A DNA stretch of 64,000 bases from a candidate division WOR-3 bacterium (GTDB lineage Bacteria > Hydrothermota > 32-111): NCBI GenBank assembly GCA_037481815.1, contig JBBFKX010000003.1, positions 128,001 to 192,000 of the forward strand, written 5' to 3'. Numbering within the stretch: position 1 is the first letter of the stretch; each line of letters opens with the position of its first letter. This document shows, one piece after another, positions 21,141 through 30,783 of this stretch. The position numbers and the translations under genes are program-made. Under the pieces are notes generated by a model that had not been told where the DNA came from, made no database searches, and worked only from the letters and a program-made list of their open reading frames with translations.

Positions 21141-21991
21141 TCTTTTAAACCACTCCTTGAATAACTTTCTATTATCTGTCTCTGCGCAACAAAGAACATT
21201 ATGATAAGCGGTAAAACAACAAATGTTGATGCAGCCATAAGTAAGGTATAATTTGTTGATTGTTCTTGAATGAAATATGCAAGACCTACCTGAACCGGTC
21301 GAATGGAGTCAGAGTTGGTTACCACAAGCGGCCAGATAAACGAGTTCCATGAGGACAGAATAGAAAATATCGATATGGTTGTTAATGCGGGCTTTGAAAG
21401 TGGGACAACAACTTTAAACAAAAAACCTATATCAGAGTATCCATCGATCACAGCAGCATCATAAAGATCTCTTGGTATAGTTTTGAAATGTTGTCTTAAC
21501 AGGAATATCGAAAAAACATTAGCCATCCAGGGCACGATTTGAGCATAATAGGTATCAATCCAACCCATCTTTTGCAAAATCATATAACCTGGAACTATAT
21601 AAACAGGCATTGGAATCATCATAAGACCAAGTAAAGAAACAAAAAGGATCTCACGACCTTTGAAATCCAATCTTGCGAAAGCATAGGCAGCGAGTATCGA
21701 AGTAAACAGTGTCCCGGCAAGTTGTACGAGAGCGATAAAGATGGTATTTAAAAAATATCTTGTAAAATTTACCTTGTTCCATGCTGTGACATAATTTTTC
21801 ACTTGGGGATTTTCAGGCAAGATGGATGGTGGGAACTTAACCGCTTCCACAGGTGTTTTTAAAGATGTTGAAACCATCCAGAAAAATGGGAAAAGTATCG
21901 TTAACGCTATGATGATCAGAATAAGATAGGTAAAAAACATTGACAGGTTTATTCTTTTTAATCTATTCATAAAAGACATTTTTTTCTCCAT
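21137..21991 (-). CDS. Carbohydrate ABC transporter permease
   Basis: PFFWMVSTSLK, AAYAFAR, EAA-like LYDAAVIDG, WNSFIWP. Confidence 0.92.
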   Translation of the reverse strand: MEKKMSFMNRLKRINLSMFFTYLILIIIALTILFPFFWMVSTSLKTPVEAVKFPPSILPENPQVKNYVTAWNKVNFTRYFLNTIFIALVQLAGTLFTSILAAYAFARLDFKGREILFVSLLGLMMIPMPVYIVPGYMILQKMGWIDTYYAQIVPWMANVFSIFLLRQHFKTIPRDLYDAAVIDGYSDIGFLFKVVVPLSKPALTTISIFSILSSWNSFIWPLVVTNSDSIRPVQVGLAYFIQEQSTNYTLLMAASTFVVLPLIIMFFVAQRQIIESYSRSGLKD

Positions 21992-22901
21992 ATTTTTTCT
22001 GGACGATGGTTAAAAAGAGTATTATCAAAAAAAGTATAAAAGCTATGGCTGTACCATAACCATATTTTCCATAGTTGAACGCCATATCGTAAAGATAATA
22101 AACGATAACATTTGTTGTTCCAAGAGGTCCACCAGCAGGAGGTCCGGTCATCATCCAGACGGGAGCAAAAACCTGAAAACTTGTTATCGTTGTCATTATA
22201 AAAACATAGAAAGTCGTTGGGGAAAGTAATGGTAATGTTATATGCCTGAATACCTGCCAGTTTGATGCTCCATCAATTTTTGCAGATTCATAGTAATGTT
22301 CCGGGATATTCTGGAGTCCAGCAAGAAAAATAATCACATTGTATCCTATGGATTTCCAGATCGTCATTATCGATAAAGAAAAAAGAGCAAGAGAAGGTCC
22401 TTCAAGAATTTTCGGTAGATCGGTTTGAAAAATCATTTCAAAAATTCCTCTCGGTTCTTCAAGCCATTTTAATGGGGAGATTCCAAGAGATGTCAAAATG
22501 TAATTGGCAATACCAATCTTCGGATGGTATATCCATTTCCATACAAAGGATATCGCAATTATAGATGTGACCTCTGGAAGAAAATAGGTTGTTCTGAAAA
22601 AACCCTTGAATTTTATCTTCTGGTTTAAAAGAATAGCGATGAACATCGATATCATGATCGTACCTGGCAGTACCATTATAACATACCAGAGTGTGTTCAA
22701 CAACGATTGATAAAATTTTTCATCTCTGAAAATTTCCAGATAGTTTCCAAAACCAACGAAAGATCCTTTTCCAGCGATTCCCCAATTAAAAAAACTGATA
22801 AAAAAGGATAAAATTATTGGAAAAAACCTGAAAACGACGAGAATTATAAGTGCCGGGGATAAGAAAAGCATCGCTTTTAAAAATTTTTTCCTTTCATTCA
22901 T
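21963..22901 (-). CDS. Sugar ABC transporter permease
   Basis: FVGFGNY, FLAGLQNIP..YYESAKIDGA, ITLPLLSP; start placed at ATG 22901 just downstream of a TTGACA-N16-TAAAAT promoter. Confidence 0.9.
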   Translation of the reverse strand: MNERKKFLKAMLFLSPALIILVVFRFFPIILSFFISFFNWGIAGKGSFVGFGNYLEIFRDEKFYQSLLNTLWYVIMVLPGTIMISMFIAILLNQKIKFKGFFRTTYFLPEVTSIIAISFVWKWIYHPKIGIANYILTSLGISPLKWLEEPRGIFEMIFQTDLPKILEGPSLALFSLSIMTIWKSIGYNVIIFLAGLQNIPEHYYESAKIDGASNWQVFRHITLPLLSPTTFYVFIMTTITSFQVFAPVWMMTGPPAGGPLGTTNVIVYYLYDMAFNYGKYGYGTAIAFILFLIILFLTIVQKKYGEKNVFYE

Positions 22902-22912
22902 AATATATTTAG

Positions 22913-22977
22913 ATTTTATATTATCAGAATTTTTTGTCAACATTCTGGTTGACAAAATTTTCTTATATATATAGAAT
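22913..22977. promoter_or_regulatory. Back-to-back sigma70 promoters
   Basis: + strand TTGACA(22949)-N17-TAGAAT; - strand TTGACA(22940)-N16-TAAAAT. Confidence 0.7.
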
Positions 22978-23006
22978 AGTTTTGTCAAATTAAAAAAGGA
23001 GTGTCT

Positions 23007-24155
23007 ATGTTCAACATCAACAAGGAAAGGTTGATCAACGATTTTTTAAATATGGTCAGGATAAACTCTGAATCATATGAAGAAAAATTGATGGGTGATT
23101 ATTGTAAAAAAATTCTCAGGGATGAGTTCGGACTTGAAATATATGAAGATGATGCTTCGTTGAAAATCGGATCAAACCAGTCCAACATAATTGCAAAATA
23201 TAGAGGAAACCCCCGTAAAAAAACTTTACTTTTCTGTGCTCATATTGATACTGTAAAACCCGGAAAAAATATAAATCCTATTTATGAAAATGGTAAAATT
23301 ACATCGGATGGTAAAACTATTCTTGGTGCTGATGACAAATCAGGTATAGCATCCCTTTTTGAAGCGTTAAGGATAGTAAAAGAAAACGAACTCGATGTTC
23401 CAGATATCGAAATAGTGTTAACTGTGGCTGAAGAGGTCGGACTTAAAGGAGCAAAAAACCTCGATTTTTCAGTTTTGAAGGCAAAGGAAGGATACGCATT
23501 AGATAGTGAAGATATCGAGGGAATCTTCAACAGAGCACCATCTCAAAATTTCATAGACATAACGGTTGAAGGGATAGAATCACATGCTGGAATGTCTCCT
23601 GAAAAGGGCATATCTGCGATTAAAGTTTTAAGTGATGCGATTTCAAACATGCCATTTGGAAGGATCGACAGTGAAACAACTGCAAACATAGGAGTTATCG
23701 AAGGTGGACTCGCCTCAAACATAGTTGCAAAAAGATGTTCTATTAAAGGAGAGGTTAGAAGTCACGACGAGGAAAGGTTGAAATATTATACAGAAAAAGT
23801 TAAAGAGGCAGTTTACAACGCAATAAGTAGAAATAGAATCACTTTGCCTGATGGATCTGTAAAAACTGCAACATGTAAAATTGAAGTTGAGAAAGCATAC
23901 TCTGCAATGTATGTGAAAGAGGATGAGCCTGTTTTACAGAGAGCGATAAATGTTTATAAGAATCTTAAAATTCCTTACCGAATTCTAACAGGTGGTGGTG
24001 GTTCAGATGCAAACATTTTTAACGAACATGGTATAAAAACGATTATCTTGGGTACTGGAATGAAAAATGTTCATACTGTCGATGAGTATATTTTTGAAAA
24101 CGATCTTATCATGTTAACCAGAATAATTTTGGGTTTGATGACTTACGATCAATAG
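23007..24155 (+). CDS. M20B family peptidase (peptidase T-like)
   Basis: AHIDTV, LGADDKSG, AEEVGLKG, HAG..PEKG, GGGSDAN, VHT.DE. Confidence 0.9.
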   Translation: MFNINKERLINDFLNMVRINSESYEEKLMGDYCKKILRDEFGLEIYEDDASLKIGSNQSNIIAKYRGNPRKKTLLFCAHIDTVKPGKNINPIYENGKITSDGKTILGADDKSGIASLFEALRIVKENELDVPDIEIVLTVAEEVGLKGAKNLDFSVLKAKEGYALDSEDIEGIFNRAPSQNFIDITVEGIESHAGMSPEKGISAIKVLSDAISNMPFGRIDSETTANIGVIEGGLASNIVAKRCSIKGEVRSHDEERLKYYTEKVKEAVYNAISRNRITLPDGSVKTATCKIEVEKAYSAMYVKEDEPVLQRAINVYKNLKIPYRILTGGGGSDANIFNEHGIKTIILGTGMKNVHTVDEYIFENDLIMLTRIILGLMTYDQ

Positions 24156-24238
24156 TTTTGTCAGATTTTTATTGACATTTTGCTGTAAATCTTTATTATA
24201 TAAAATCTATTTTTTTATAAATTTAAAAGGAGGATATT

Positions 24239-26314
24239 TTGGCTGATATTAAAACAGGTGACATCAGAAACATAGCAATCGTTGGACACAACGGAGCAGG
24301 TAAAACAAGTTTTGGTGAAACTATACTTTTTAATACAGGTTTCACAACAAGATTGAACAAGGTCGATGAAAAAAATTCTATGCTTGACTATACCGATGAG
24401 GAAATGGCAAGGAGTATAACCATAGGTCTCAAACTTGCGACTGTAAAATGGCAGGATAAAACTATCAACTTCATCGATACACCAGGGTTCGTAGATTTCT
24501 TTGGGGAAGTCATATCGGCTTCAAAAGTTGTTGAATCTTTTATTTTCATCATCGACGGTTCAACCGGAGTCGATCTTGGAACTGAAAATGCATGGGAACT
24601 GAGAAAGAAAGAAAAACTTGCAGGACTTTTCGTTATCAACAAGATGAAAAGAGAAAATGTTGATTATGAAAAAGTTTTTCAGGAAATAAAAAATTCACTT
24701 TCAGAAAGCGCAACTCTGATCCAACTTCCAATAGGAAGTGGACCAAACTTTAAAGGAGTGGTTGATCTTATAACCGGAAAAGCGTATGTTTACGAGAATG
24801 GTAAAAAAAGTGAAACTCAGGTTCCCGGTGATATAAAAGATTCTGTTGAAAAGATGAAAAAAGAATTACTTGAGCAGATTGCATCATCCGATGAAACTTT
24901 GATGGAAAAGTTTTTTGCTGATAGTTTATCCCAGGAAGATATTAATACTGGATTTTTAAATGCAATCAAAAATGGAACACTCTATCCTGTATGTTTTACA
25001 GATTCTGTTGAAAATATAGGTGCTGATCTTGTGCTTGATTACATTATAAAATATCTTCCTTCACCAGCAGATCTCAACATCAGAAGACCTATTGAATCGG
25101 AAACTTATCCAGAAAAACCAGATCAGAACTCTCCTTTCGCAGGTTTTGTTTTTAAAACAAATGTCGAAAAACATTTAGGTGATATAAACTTCGTCAGAGT
25201 ATTCTCCGGGGTTTTGAAATCTGGAAGTGAAATCTACAACAGTTCAAAAAATGTTACGGAAAAAGTCAACCAGATGTATATCAATATTGGAAAAGAGAGA
25301 AAAGAGATAGATGAACTAACAACAGGAATGATAGGTGTTCTGGTAAAATTAAAATCAACAAAAACTTCAGATACGATATGTGATAAATCGATAAACATTA
25401 AATTCCCGCCCATAGAATTCCCTCATGCAAATGTTTCAATGGCAATAATTCCTCTTGCAAAAGGTGATGAGGAAAAAATTTCAAATGGATTATCAAAACT
25501 CCATGAAGAGGATCCATCATTCTATTTCAAATTTGATCCCGAAATCAAACAGACACTCATACATGGACTTGGAACTATACATCTTGAAGTGATAATAAAC
25601 AAATTGAAAGAAAAATTTGGAGTGAATGTCAACCTTGAAAAACCGAGGATCAAATACAGAGAAACGATTAAAAAGACAGCATCAGCAGAAGGAAAGCATA
25701 AAAAACAATCTGGTGGAAGAGGACAGTTCGGTGTGTGTAATGTTAAATTTGAACCACTTCCAAGGGGAACTGGATTCCAGTTCGTGGACGAGATTTTCGG
25801 TGGTGCAATTCCTGCAAAATTTGTCCCATCAGTTGAAAAAGGTATAAAAGATGCACTTGAAAAAGGAGTTGTTGCGGGTTATCCGATAGTTGATGTAAAG
25901 GCGATCCTTTTCGACGGAAAATATCATGATGTTGATTCATCCGATATAGCGTTTCAGATAGCCGGATCACTTGCAGTAAAAGGTGCGATACCACAAGCAG
26001 ATCCTGTAATCCTTGAACCTATAATGAATGTTGAGGTAACTGTCCCCGAAGAGTATATGGGTGATATAATGGGAGATATAAACGCAAGAAGAGGAAAAAT
26101 CCTTGGAACAGAACATGCTGGAAGATATCAAAAGATAAAAGCGTTGATTCCTGAAGCAGAAATGTATCAGTACTCATCTCAACTCAGATCGATGACACAG
26201 GGTAGAGGAACATTTAAAATGGAATTTGAGACATACGAAGAGGTTCCAAGAGAAAAGGTTGCAAAGATTATAGAGGAAGCGAAAAGATTTCAAGAGGAAC
26301 AACAGGAGAAATGA
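24239..26314 (+). CDS. fusA: Elongation factor G paralog (EF-G II type)
   Basis: GHNGAGKT, DTPGFVDF, KKQSGGRGQFG, YHDVDSS, LRSMTQGRG; TTG start after AGGAGG; not in an str operon. Confidence 0.9.
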   Translation: MADIKTGDIRNIAIVGHNGAGKTSFGETILFNTGFTTRLNKVDEKNSMLDYTDEEMARSITIGLKLATVKWQDKTINFIDTPGFVDFFGEVISASKVVESFIFIIDGSTGVDLGTENAWELRKKEKLAGLFVINKMKRENVDYEKVFQEIKNSLSESATLIQLPIGSGPNFKGVVDLITGKAYVYENGKKSETQVPGDIKDSVEKMKKELLEQIASSDETLMEKFFADSLSQEDINTGFLNAIKNGTLYPVCFTDSVENIGADLVLDYIIKYLPSPADLNIRRPIESETYPEKPDQNSPFAGFVFKTNVEKHLGDINFVRVFSGVLKSGSEIYNSSKNVTEKVNQMYINIGKERKEIDELTTGMIGVLVKLKSTKTSDTICDKSINIKFPPIEFPHANVSMAIIPLAKGDEEKISNGLSKLHEEDPSFYFKFDPEIKQTLIHGLGTIHLEVIINKLKEKFGVNVNLEKPRIKYRETIKKTASAEGKHKKQSGGRGQFGVCNVKFEPLPRGTGFQFVDEIFGGAIPAKFVPSVEKGIKDALEKGVVAGYPIVDVKAILFDGKYHDVDSSDIAFQIAGSLAVKGAIPQADPVILEPIMNVEVTVPEEYMGDIMGDINARRGKILGTEHAGRYQKIKALIPEAEMYQYSSQLRSMTQGRGTFKMEFETYEEVPREKVAKIIEEAKRFQEEQQEK

Positions 26315-26665
26315 TCATTTTAGATCATATCTTTGTTCAATATACTGTTTAAAATCCTTTAATCCTTCAGAAAATTTGATGAAGAGAGCATCAAGAGTGC
26401 TCTCTTCATCCTGTAATATCTTATTTTTTCCAAAAATTTCAATCTTTTTGGCAAGTTCCATAAGATAGAAAAGATTAAAGTTCCCAACAACACTTTTAAA
26501 CGCATGTGACTGTTTTGCAATCTGTTCAAAATCTCTTTCCTTTATCGCTTTTTCAAGCAAAGGATATCTCTGGTTGTAATCGTATATAAACGATTTCAAT
26601 ATATCCTTAAAATCATCGGAGTCCTTTCCAAAAAGTTCTTCAAGCGATGAAAGATCGTAATCCAT
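26315..26665 (-). CDS. Hpt domain protein
   Basis: SHAFKSVVGNF phospho-His motif, all-helical. Confidence 0.8.
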   Translation of the reverse strand: MDYDLSSLEELFGKDSDDFKDILKSFIYDYNQRYPLLEKAIKERDFEQIAKQSHAFKSVVGNFNLFYLMELAKKIEIFGKNKILQDEESTLDALFIKFSEGLKDFKQYIEQRYDLK

Positions 26666-26669
26666 AAAG

Positions 26670-28778
26670 TTATGGTTTAAACCTGTAAGGTATAGTTGTC
26701 TTCATTTCTGCTGGAACCCCATCGATCGTTCCAGGATTGAATACCGCTTTGTACGCTGCTTCAACTGCTGCGTTATCACAAGCAGGGTTCAAGGATTTTA
26801 TAACCTTTGCTGAAACAACTTTTCCATCCTTTCCGACAACAACCTCAACAAAAACTGTACCTTCAGCACCTATCTTCCTGGCAGCTTCAGGATATGCTGG
26901 TTGAATTATCTGTTTTGGGGTTGGTTGTATCACAACTGAAGGTTTCTTTTCCTCCTCTTTTTTCACGGTATCAACTGGTTGCTGTTGTTGCTGTTGAACC
27001 TGCTGGGAAAGCAACTGTGACGCTGTTGGAGTTTTTACCTGTGTCTCCTCTTTTGGTTTTGTTTCCTCTTTCACCTCTTTTTTAACATTCTTGTTGGTTT
27101 CAACAGTTTTTGTTTCCGTTTTTTGAACAGTTTCTTCAACTTTTGGTGCTGGGAAAAGCAAAGCAAAATCGATTTTCTTCTGGTTCGGTTTTTCTACATA
27201 GAATATATCAAGGTTTGAAATCGGTTCAATGTTTGAGGCATAAACGTTATCGAAAGATTTTAAAATATTGTTCGCTACTATAACCCTGTTTGGAACAAAA
27301 AGGAAAGCGTAAGGCTGATCATCAACGATTATCTGCTGGAACTCTTTCCAGTAACCTCTTGCTTCTTCTTTGTCCATAGTTGTCATCGCAAGGTTAACGA
27401 TAGAATCGACTTTTGGATTTCTGTAATCAACAAAGTTGAATCTTCCAGTTTCTTTTACTGAGGACCAGAAAGGTAGTGGATTGAAATCTTCGTTCACCTG
27501 CCATGAGAGTATGTAAATATCATAATCTTTCGAAAAGAGTTTCAAAATCAAAGAATCTGAAGGTAACTCTTTTAAGTTAACATTTAAACCAGCATTTTTC
27601 AACTGGTTTGTAACCTCTCTTGCAACTTTTACGAGCATCGCATCATTTCTATCTGTTATGAGATTCAAAACAAACGGTTTGTTGTTGTACATGTATCCTT
27701 TTACAGGATCCTTTTTTAAAATATTTTCGACAAGTTTTATTCCATCTTTATTGTATGAAACAGGTTTAATCTCTTCAGAATAAGCCCAGAATGATGGTGT
27801 TATCGGACCATTAGCAGGAATACCATTTTTTATCGTATTTTTTATCAGAAGATCTCTGTTTATCAATTGTGAAACACCTATTCTGAAATCTTTTGAGTCA
27901 AACGGTTTTCTTGAAAGGTTGAATCCAATATATGTATAGATGTTCCCTTTTTTCTGAATTCCCGTCACATTTTTTATCTTCGCTATCTCCTCTATGTTAT
28001 CTGGTGTTATATCGTAAACAAGATCAAGTTTTCCTTCTTTGAGATCACTGATTATAGATTGCTGATCGGTGTATATTCTGTAAACTATTTTATCTATGAA
28101 AGGTTTATCTTCCAGAGAATAGTTTTCATTTTTGACGAGTGATACATATTTACCACTTTCCCATTTTTCGAGTTTGTATGGTCCATTTCCAACAGGTCTT
28201 GTGTTAAAATCTGAATACTGTATCTGATTTTTTTCTTTTTCAAGCAAATGTTTTGGAAGTGGTTTTATGTTTGAATCAAAAAGTGCCATGGGATAAACCT
28301 TGTTGCAATAGAAAACGATTTTATCATCAGATAATACCTTAACCGAATCTATATTCTGTAATTTTGAAAATAACGGAGAATTGTTCTTTGGATCCTTGAT
28401 CAGGTTGAAAGTGAATTCAACATCATACGCCGTAACCGGCTGTCCATCCTGCCAGACAATATCTTTTCTTAGATAATAAGTTATCTTTTTTAGATCCTCT
28501 GAATATTCCCATGAGTTTGCAAGCATGGGAACTATGTTTCCGTTGATATCAGTTTTATGGAGTGGAAGAAAGATCATATCCACTATCTCGTTATGTGCTA
28601 TGAATGATGGATAAATAGGTGAAAGGTTCTCTGGTTCTCCAACTATTCCTACAACAATTTCTCCACCTGATTCTCCAACCTGTGGTGCTCTGGATATCTT
28701 TTTTTCACATGAGATAACAAGAATTATCGCCAATATGATAAGAACTATTTTAGAAATTTTAGAAAATTGCCTCATCAA
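26670..28778 (-). CDS. Lipoprotein: family-5 (peptide/nickel) ABC solute-binding domain + K/E/Q/P linker + TonB C-terminal domain
   Basis: Lipobox LVISC; LANSWE..DLK..TYYLRKD..WQDGQPVTAYDV, PVGNGPYK; C-terminal PAYPEAAR..GAEGTVFVEVVVGKDGKV...AAVEA...FNPG...YRF. Confidence 0.85.
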   Translation of the reverse strand: MMRQFSKISKIVLIILAIILVISCEKKISRAPQVGESGGEIVVGIVGEPENLSPIYPSFIAHNEIVDMIFLPLHKTDINGNIVPMLANSWEYSEDLKKITYYLRKDIVWQDGQPVTAYDVEFTFNLIKDPKNNSPLFSKLQNIDSVKVLSDDKIVFYCNKVYPMALFDSNIKPLPKHLLEKEKNQIQYSDFNTRPVGNGPYKLEKWESGKYVSLVKNENYSLEDKPFIDKIVYRIYTDQQSIISDLKEGKLDLVYDITPDNIEEIAKIKNVTGIQKKGNIYTYIGFNLSRKPFDSKDFRIGVSQLINRDLLIKNTIKNGIPANGPITPSFWAYSEEIKPVSYNKDGIKLVENILKKDPVKGYMYNNKPFVLNLITDRNDAMLVKVAREVTNQLKNAGLNVNLKELPSDSLILKLFSKDYDIYILSWQVNEDFNPLPFWSSVKETGRFNFVDYRNPKVDSIVNLAMTTMDKEEARGYWKEFQQIIVDDQPYAFLFVPNRVIVANNILKSFDNVYASNIEPISNLDIFYVEKPNQKKIDFALLFPAPKVEETVQKTETKTVETNKNVKKEVKEETKPKEETQVKTPTASQLLSQQVQQQQQQPVDTVKKEEEKKPSVVIQPTPKQIIQPAYPEAARKIGAEGTVFVEVVVGKDGKVVSAKVIKSLNPACDNAAVEAAYKAVFNPGTIDGVPAEMKTTIPYRFKP

Positions 28779-28825
28779 TCCTCCTTTTATTTATTTAAAG
28801 ATTATTATTTAAAATTTTGAATTTG

Positions 28826-30073
28826 TCAACCTATTTGATTCTCTTCAGAAAGAGTTTGATCTATTATCATTTCAAGTTTATCTCCCAAACTCTGTTCAGA
28901 ATAAAATTTTAAAATGTAATCTTTTCCCCTCTTCCCCATCTCCTCCCTTTCTGATTCAGACATATTGTACACTTTCATAATTATTGAAACGATTTCATCA
29001 AGATTTTCAGGATCAGCATAGAATCCACAACCCGAGTCCTTAACGAACTCTGAATATTCTGGTTTTGCTGTGATAAGTATCGGTTTCCCTGCAAGCATAT
29101 AATCAAAAAGTTTGTTTGGACTTAAACCGTATTTGTAAAGTTCAGTCTTGTTAACCGTGATCAAACATAGATCAACATTAGCAAGAAAATTCAAAATATT
29201 TCTTTTCGGTATCGTCTTATAGATTCTAACATTTTTTATATTTTCATCCTTAATTCTTTTTTCGATATCTTCCCTCAAAGGGCCTTCTCCGAGTATTAAA
29301 AAATCGATAGGTTTATCTTCAAGTTTTTTTGCAATATCAAGAATAAGGTAAGGGTTGTTTGCAACACCTATCGCACCAGTATAAGCAATAGTAAACTTAT
29401 CTATTTTATATTTTTCTTTGTAATACTCTTTGGGTTTATCGGGTGTAAAATGGTTTGGATATGTGCAGTTCGATATGAAATGTATTTTCTTTTCTTCTAT
29501 ACCTTTTGAAACTATATGATTTTTAAACTTTTCAACACAGACGATTATACTTTTGCTTTTCTGATAGATTATTTTTTCGAGAAGATATAAAAACCATGTG
29601 TAGGGATTTTTTTTCATCTCAGGTTTGAGTTGTATCAGTGACTCAGGCCAGAGGTCAAGAATATCTGATATGAATGGTTTTTTCAATTTTATCGATAGAA
29701 AAAGTGCGGAGAGTGCAGTGATCAACTGTGGTGAAACTCCTATAATTATATCTGGTTTTTCGAGTATCCTTCCAACTCTGTACATCTCAACAGAAAAAAT
29801 TATCTGGTTCAACAATCTCTGAAAATCATTTTTTTTGTAAGTAAAAGTTTTAACCCAGACAAAATTTACTCCGTTAACATTTTCGATTTTATAATATTCA
29901 TCTTTTGCAAGTTTCATATGCTGGAGTTTGTGAACATTGAAATCAGAAGAAATTATATATACTTTATAACCTCTTTTCACAAGTTCGATTCCAAAATCAA
30001 GATGTCTTGTTCCACCTGTCATCTCATAGGTGTGTGCGTTTTGATAACATATCCATATGACTTTCTTTTTCGT
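28826..30073 (-). CDS. Glycosyltransferase family 4 (WbuB-like)
   Basis: GGTRH, DLWPES, YTGAIG.AN, SPNKLFDYMLAGKP; frame extends 17 codons upstream of ATG 30022 to an ACG behind a strong SD. Confidence 0.88.
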   Translation of the reverse strand, partial: TKKKVIWICYQNAHTYEMTGGTRHLDFGIELVKRGYKVYIISSDFNVHKLQHMKLAKDEYYKIENVNGVNFVWVKTFTYKKNDFQRLLNQIIFSVEMYRVGRILEKPDIIIGVSPQLITALSALFLSIKLKKPFISDILDLWPESLIQLKPEMKKNPYTWFLYLLEKIIYQKSKSIIVCVEKFKNHIVSKGIEEKKIHFISNCTYPNHFTPDKPKEYYKEKYKIDKFTIAYTGAIGVANNPYLILDIAKKLEDKPIDFLILGEGPLREDIEKRIKDENIKNVRIYKTIPKRNILNFLANVDLCLITVNKTELYKYGLSPNKLFDYMLAGKPILITAKPEYSEFVKDSGCGFYADPENLDEIVSIIMKVYNMSESEREEMGKRGKDYILKFYSEQSLGDKLEMIIDQTLSEENQIG

Positions 30074-30131
30074 AAAAACTCCTTTTGTTGAATTTTTTAT
30101 TATATTAAAAGGGAATTGAAAGTCAACAATT

Positions 30132-30689
30132 TTAAAATAGCCAGATACCTGTAGACAAAGAAAAACCTGAAAAGATTATTCCTTTGTTCAAAGATGGATC
30201 TGAAAAGAAAAAATATGTATAACCTGCCTGAATCGAAAAACTCAAAGATAAGTTTTCACCAAGATAGAAAAGAAAACCGTTCTCGTTCGCAAGCGTAAAT
30301 GCAGTATACGATTCGGATGGATTATAAACAAGTTTTGTATACCCTGAAGTGAAGTATCCAGAATAAGATCCATCCTTACTCCTTGCTTTTTGATATGTTG
30401 GGATTGAAAAAGAAACACCTAACTGTCCAAACCTTGCTCCATAGGAATAAAGTTTTAGACCAACGATTGGAGTGAACCTTATACCATTTTTTTCAGCAAA
30501 AGCGAGTTCTGATGAGAATGGAAAAAGGTTGATATAGAATGTGTTACTCTGTTCTATCGGTTCAAAATAAACCTGGGGAGAGAATGATATATTGAAAATG
30601 TTGTTGATCTTGGTTTTCTTTTTGACTTTTGAGTATGAAGGGGTAAAAAAAAGCGCCCCTATGATCAAAAACAAAAAAAATCTTTTCAT
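30132..30689 (-). CDS. Hypothetical exported beta-strand protein (possible small OM barrel)
   Basis: Signal peptide, alternating aromatic strands, C-terminal GIWLF. Confidence 0.55.
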   Translation of the reverse strand: MKRFFLFLIIGALFFTPSYSKVKKKTKINNIFNISFSPQVYFEPIEQSNTFYINLFPFSSELAFAEKNGIRFTPIVGLKLYSYGARFGQLGVSFSIPTYQKARSKDGSYSGYFTSGYTKLVYNPSESYTAFTLANENGFLFYLGENLSLSFSIQAGYTYFFFSDPSLNKGIIFSGFSLSTGIWLF

Positions 30690-30783
30690 CTATAAAAAAT
30701 ATACTATAAAAAATAGTTTTTTTCAATGAAAATAAACACTATCAATCTTGACAAATATCAATAAAAGGTTATTATAAAAAATT

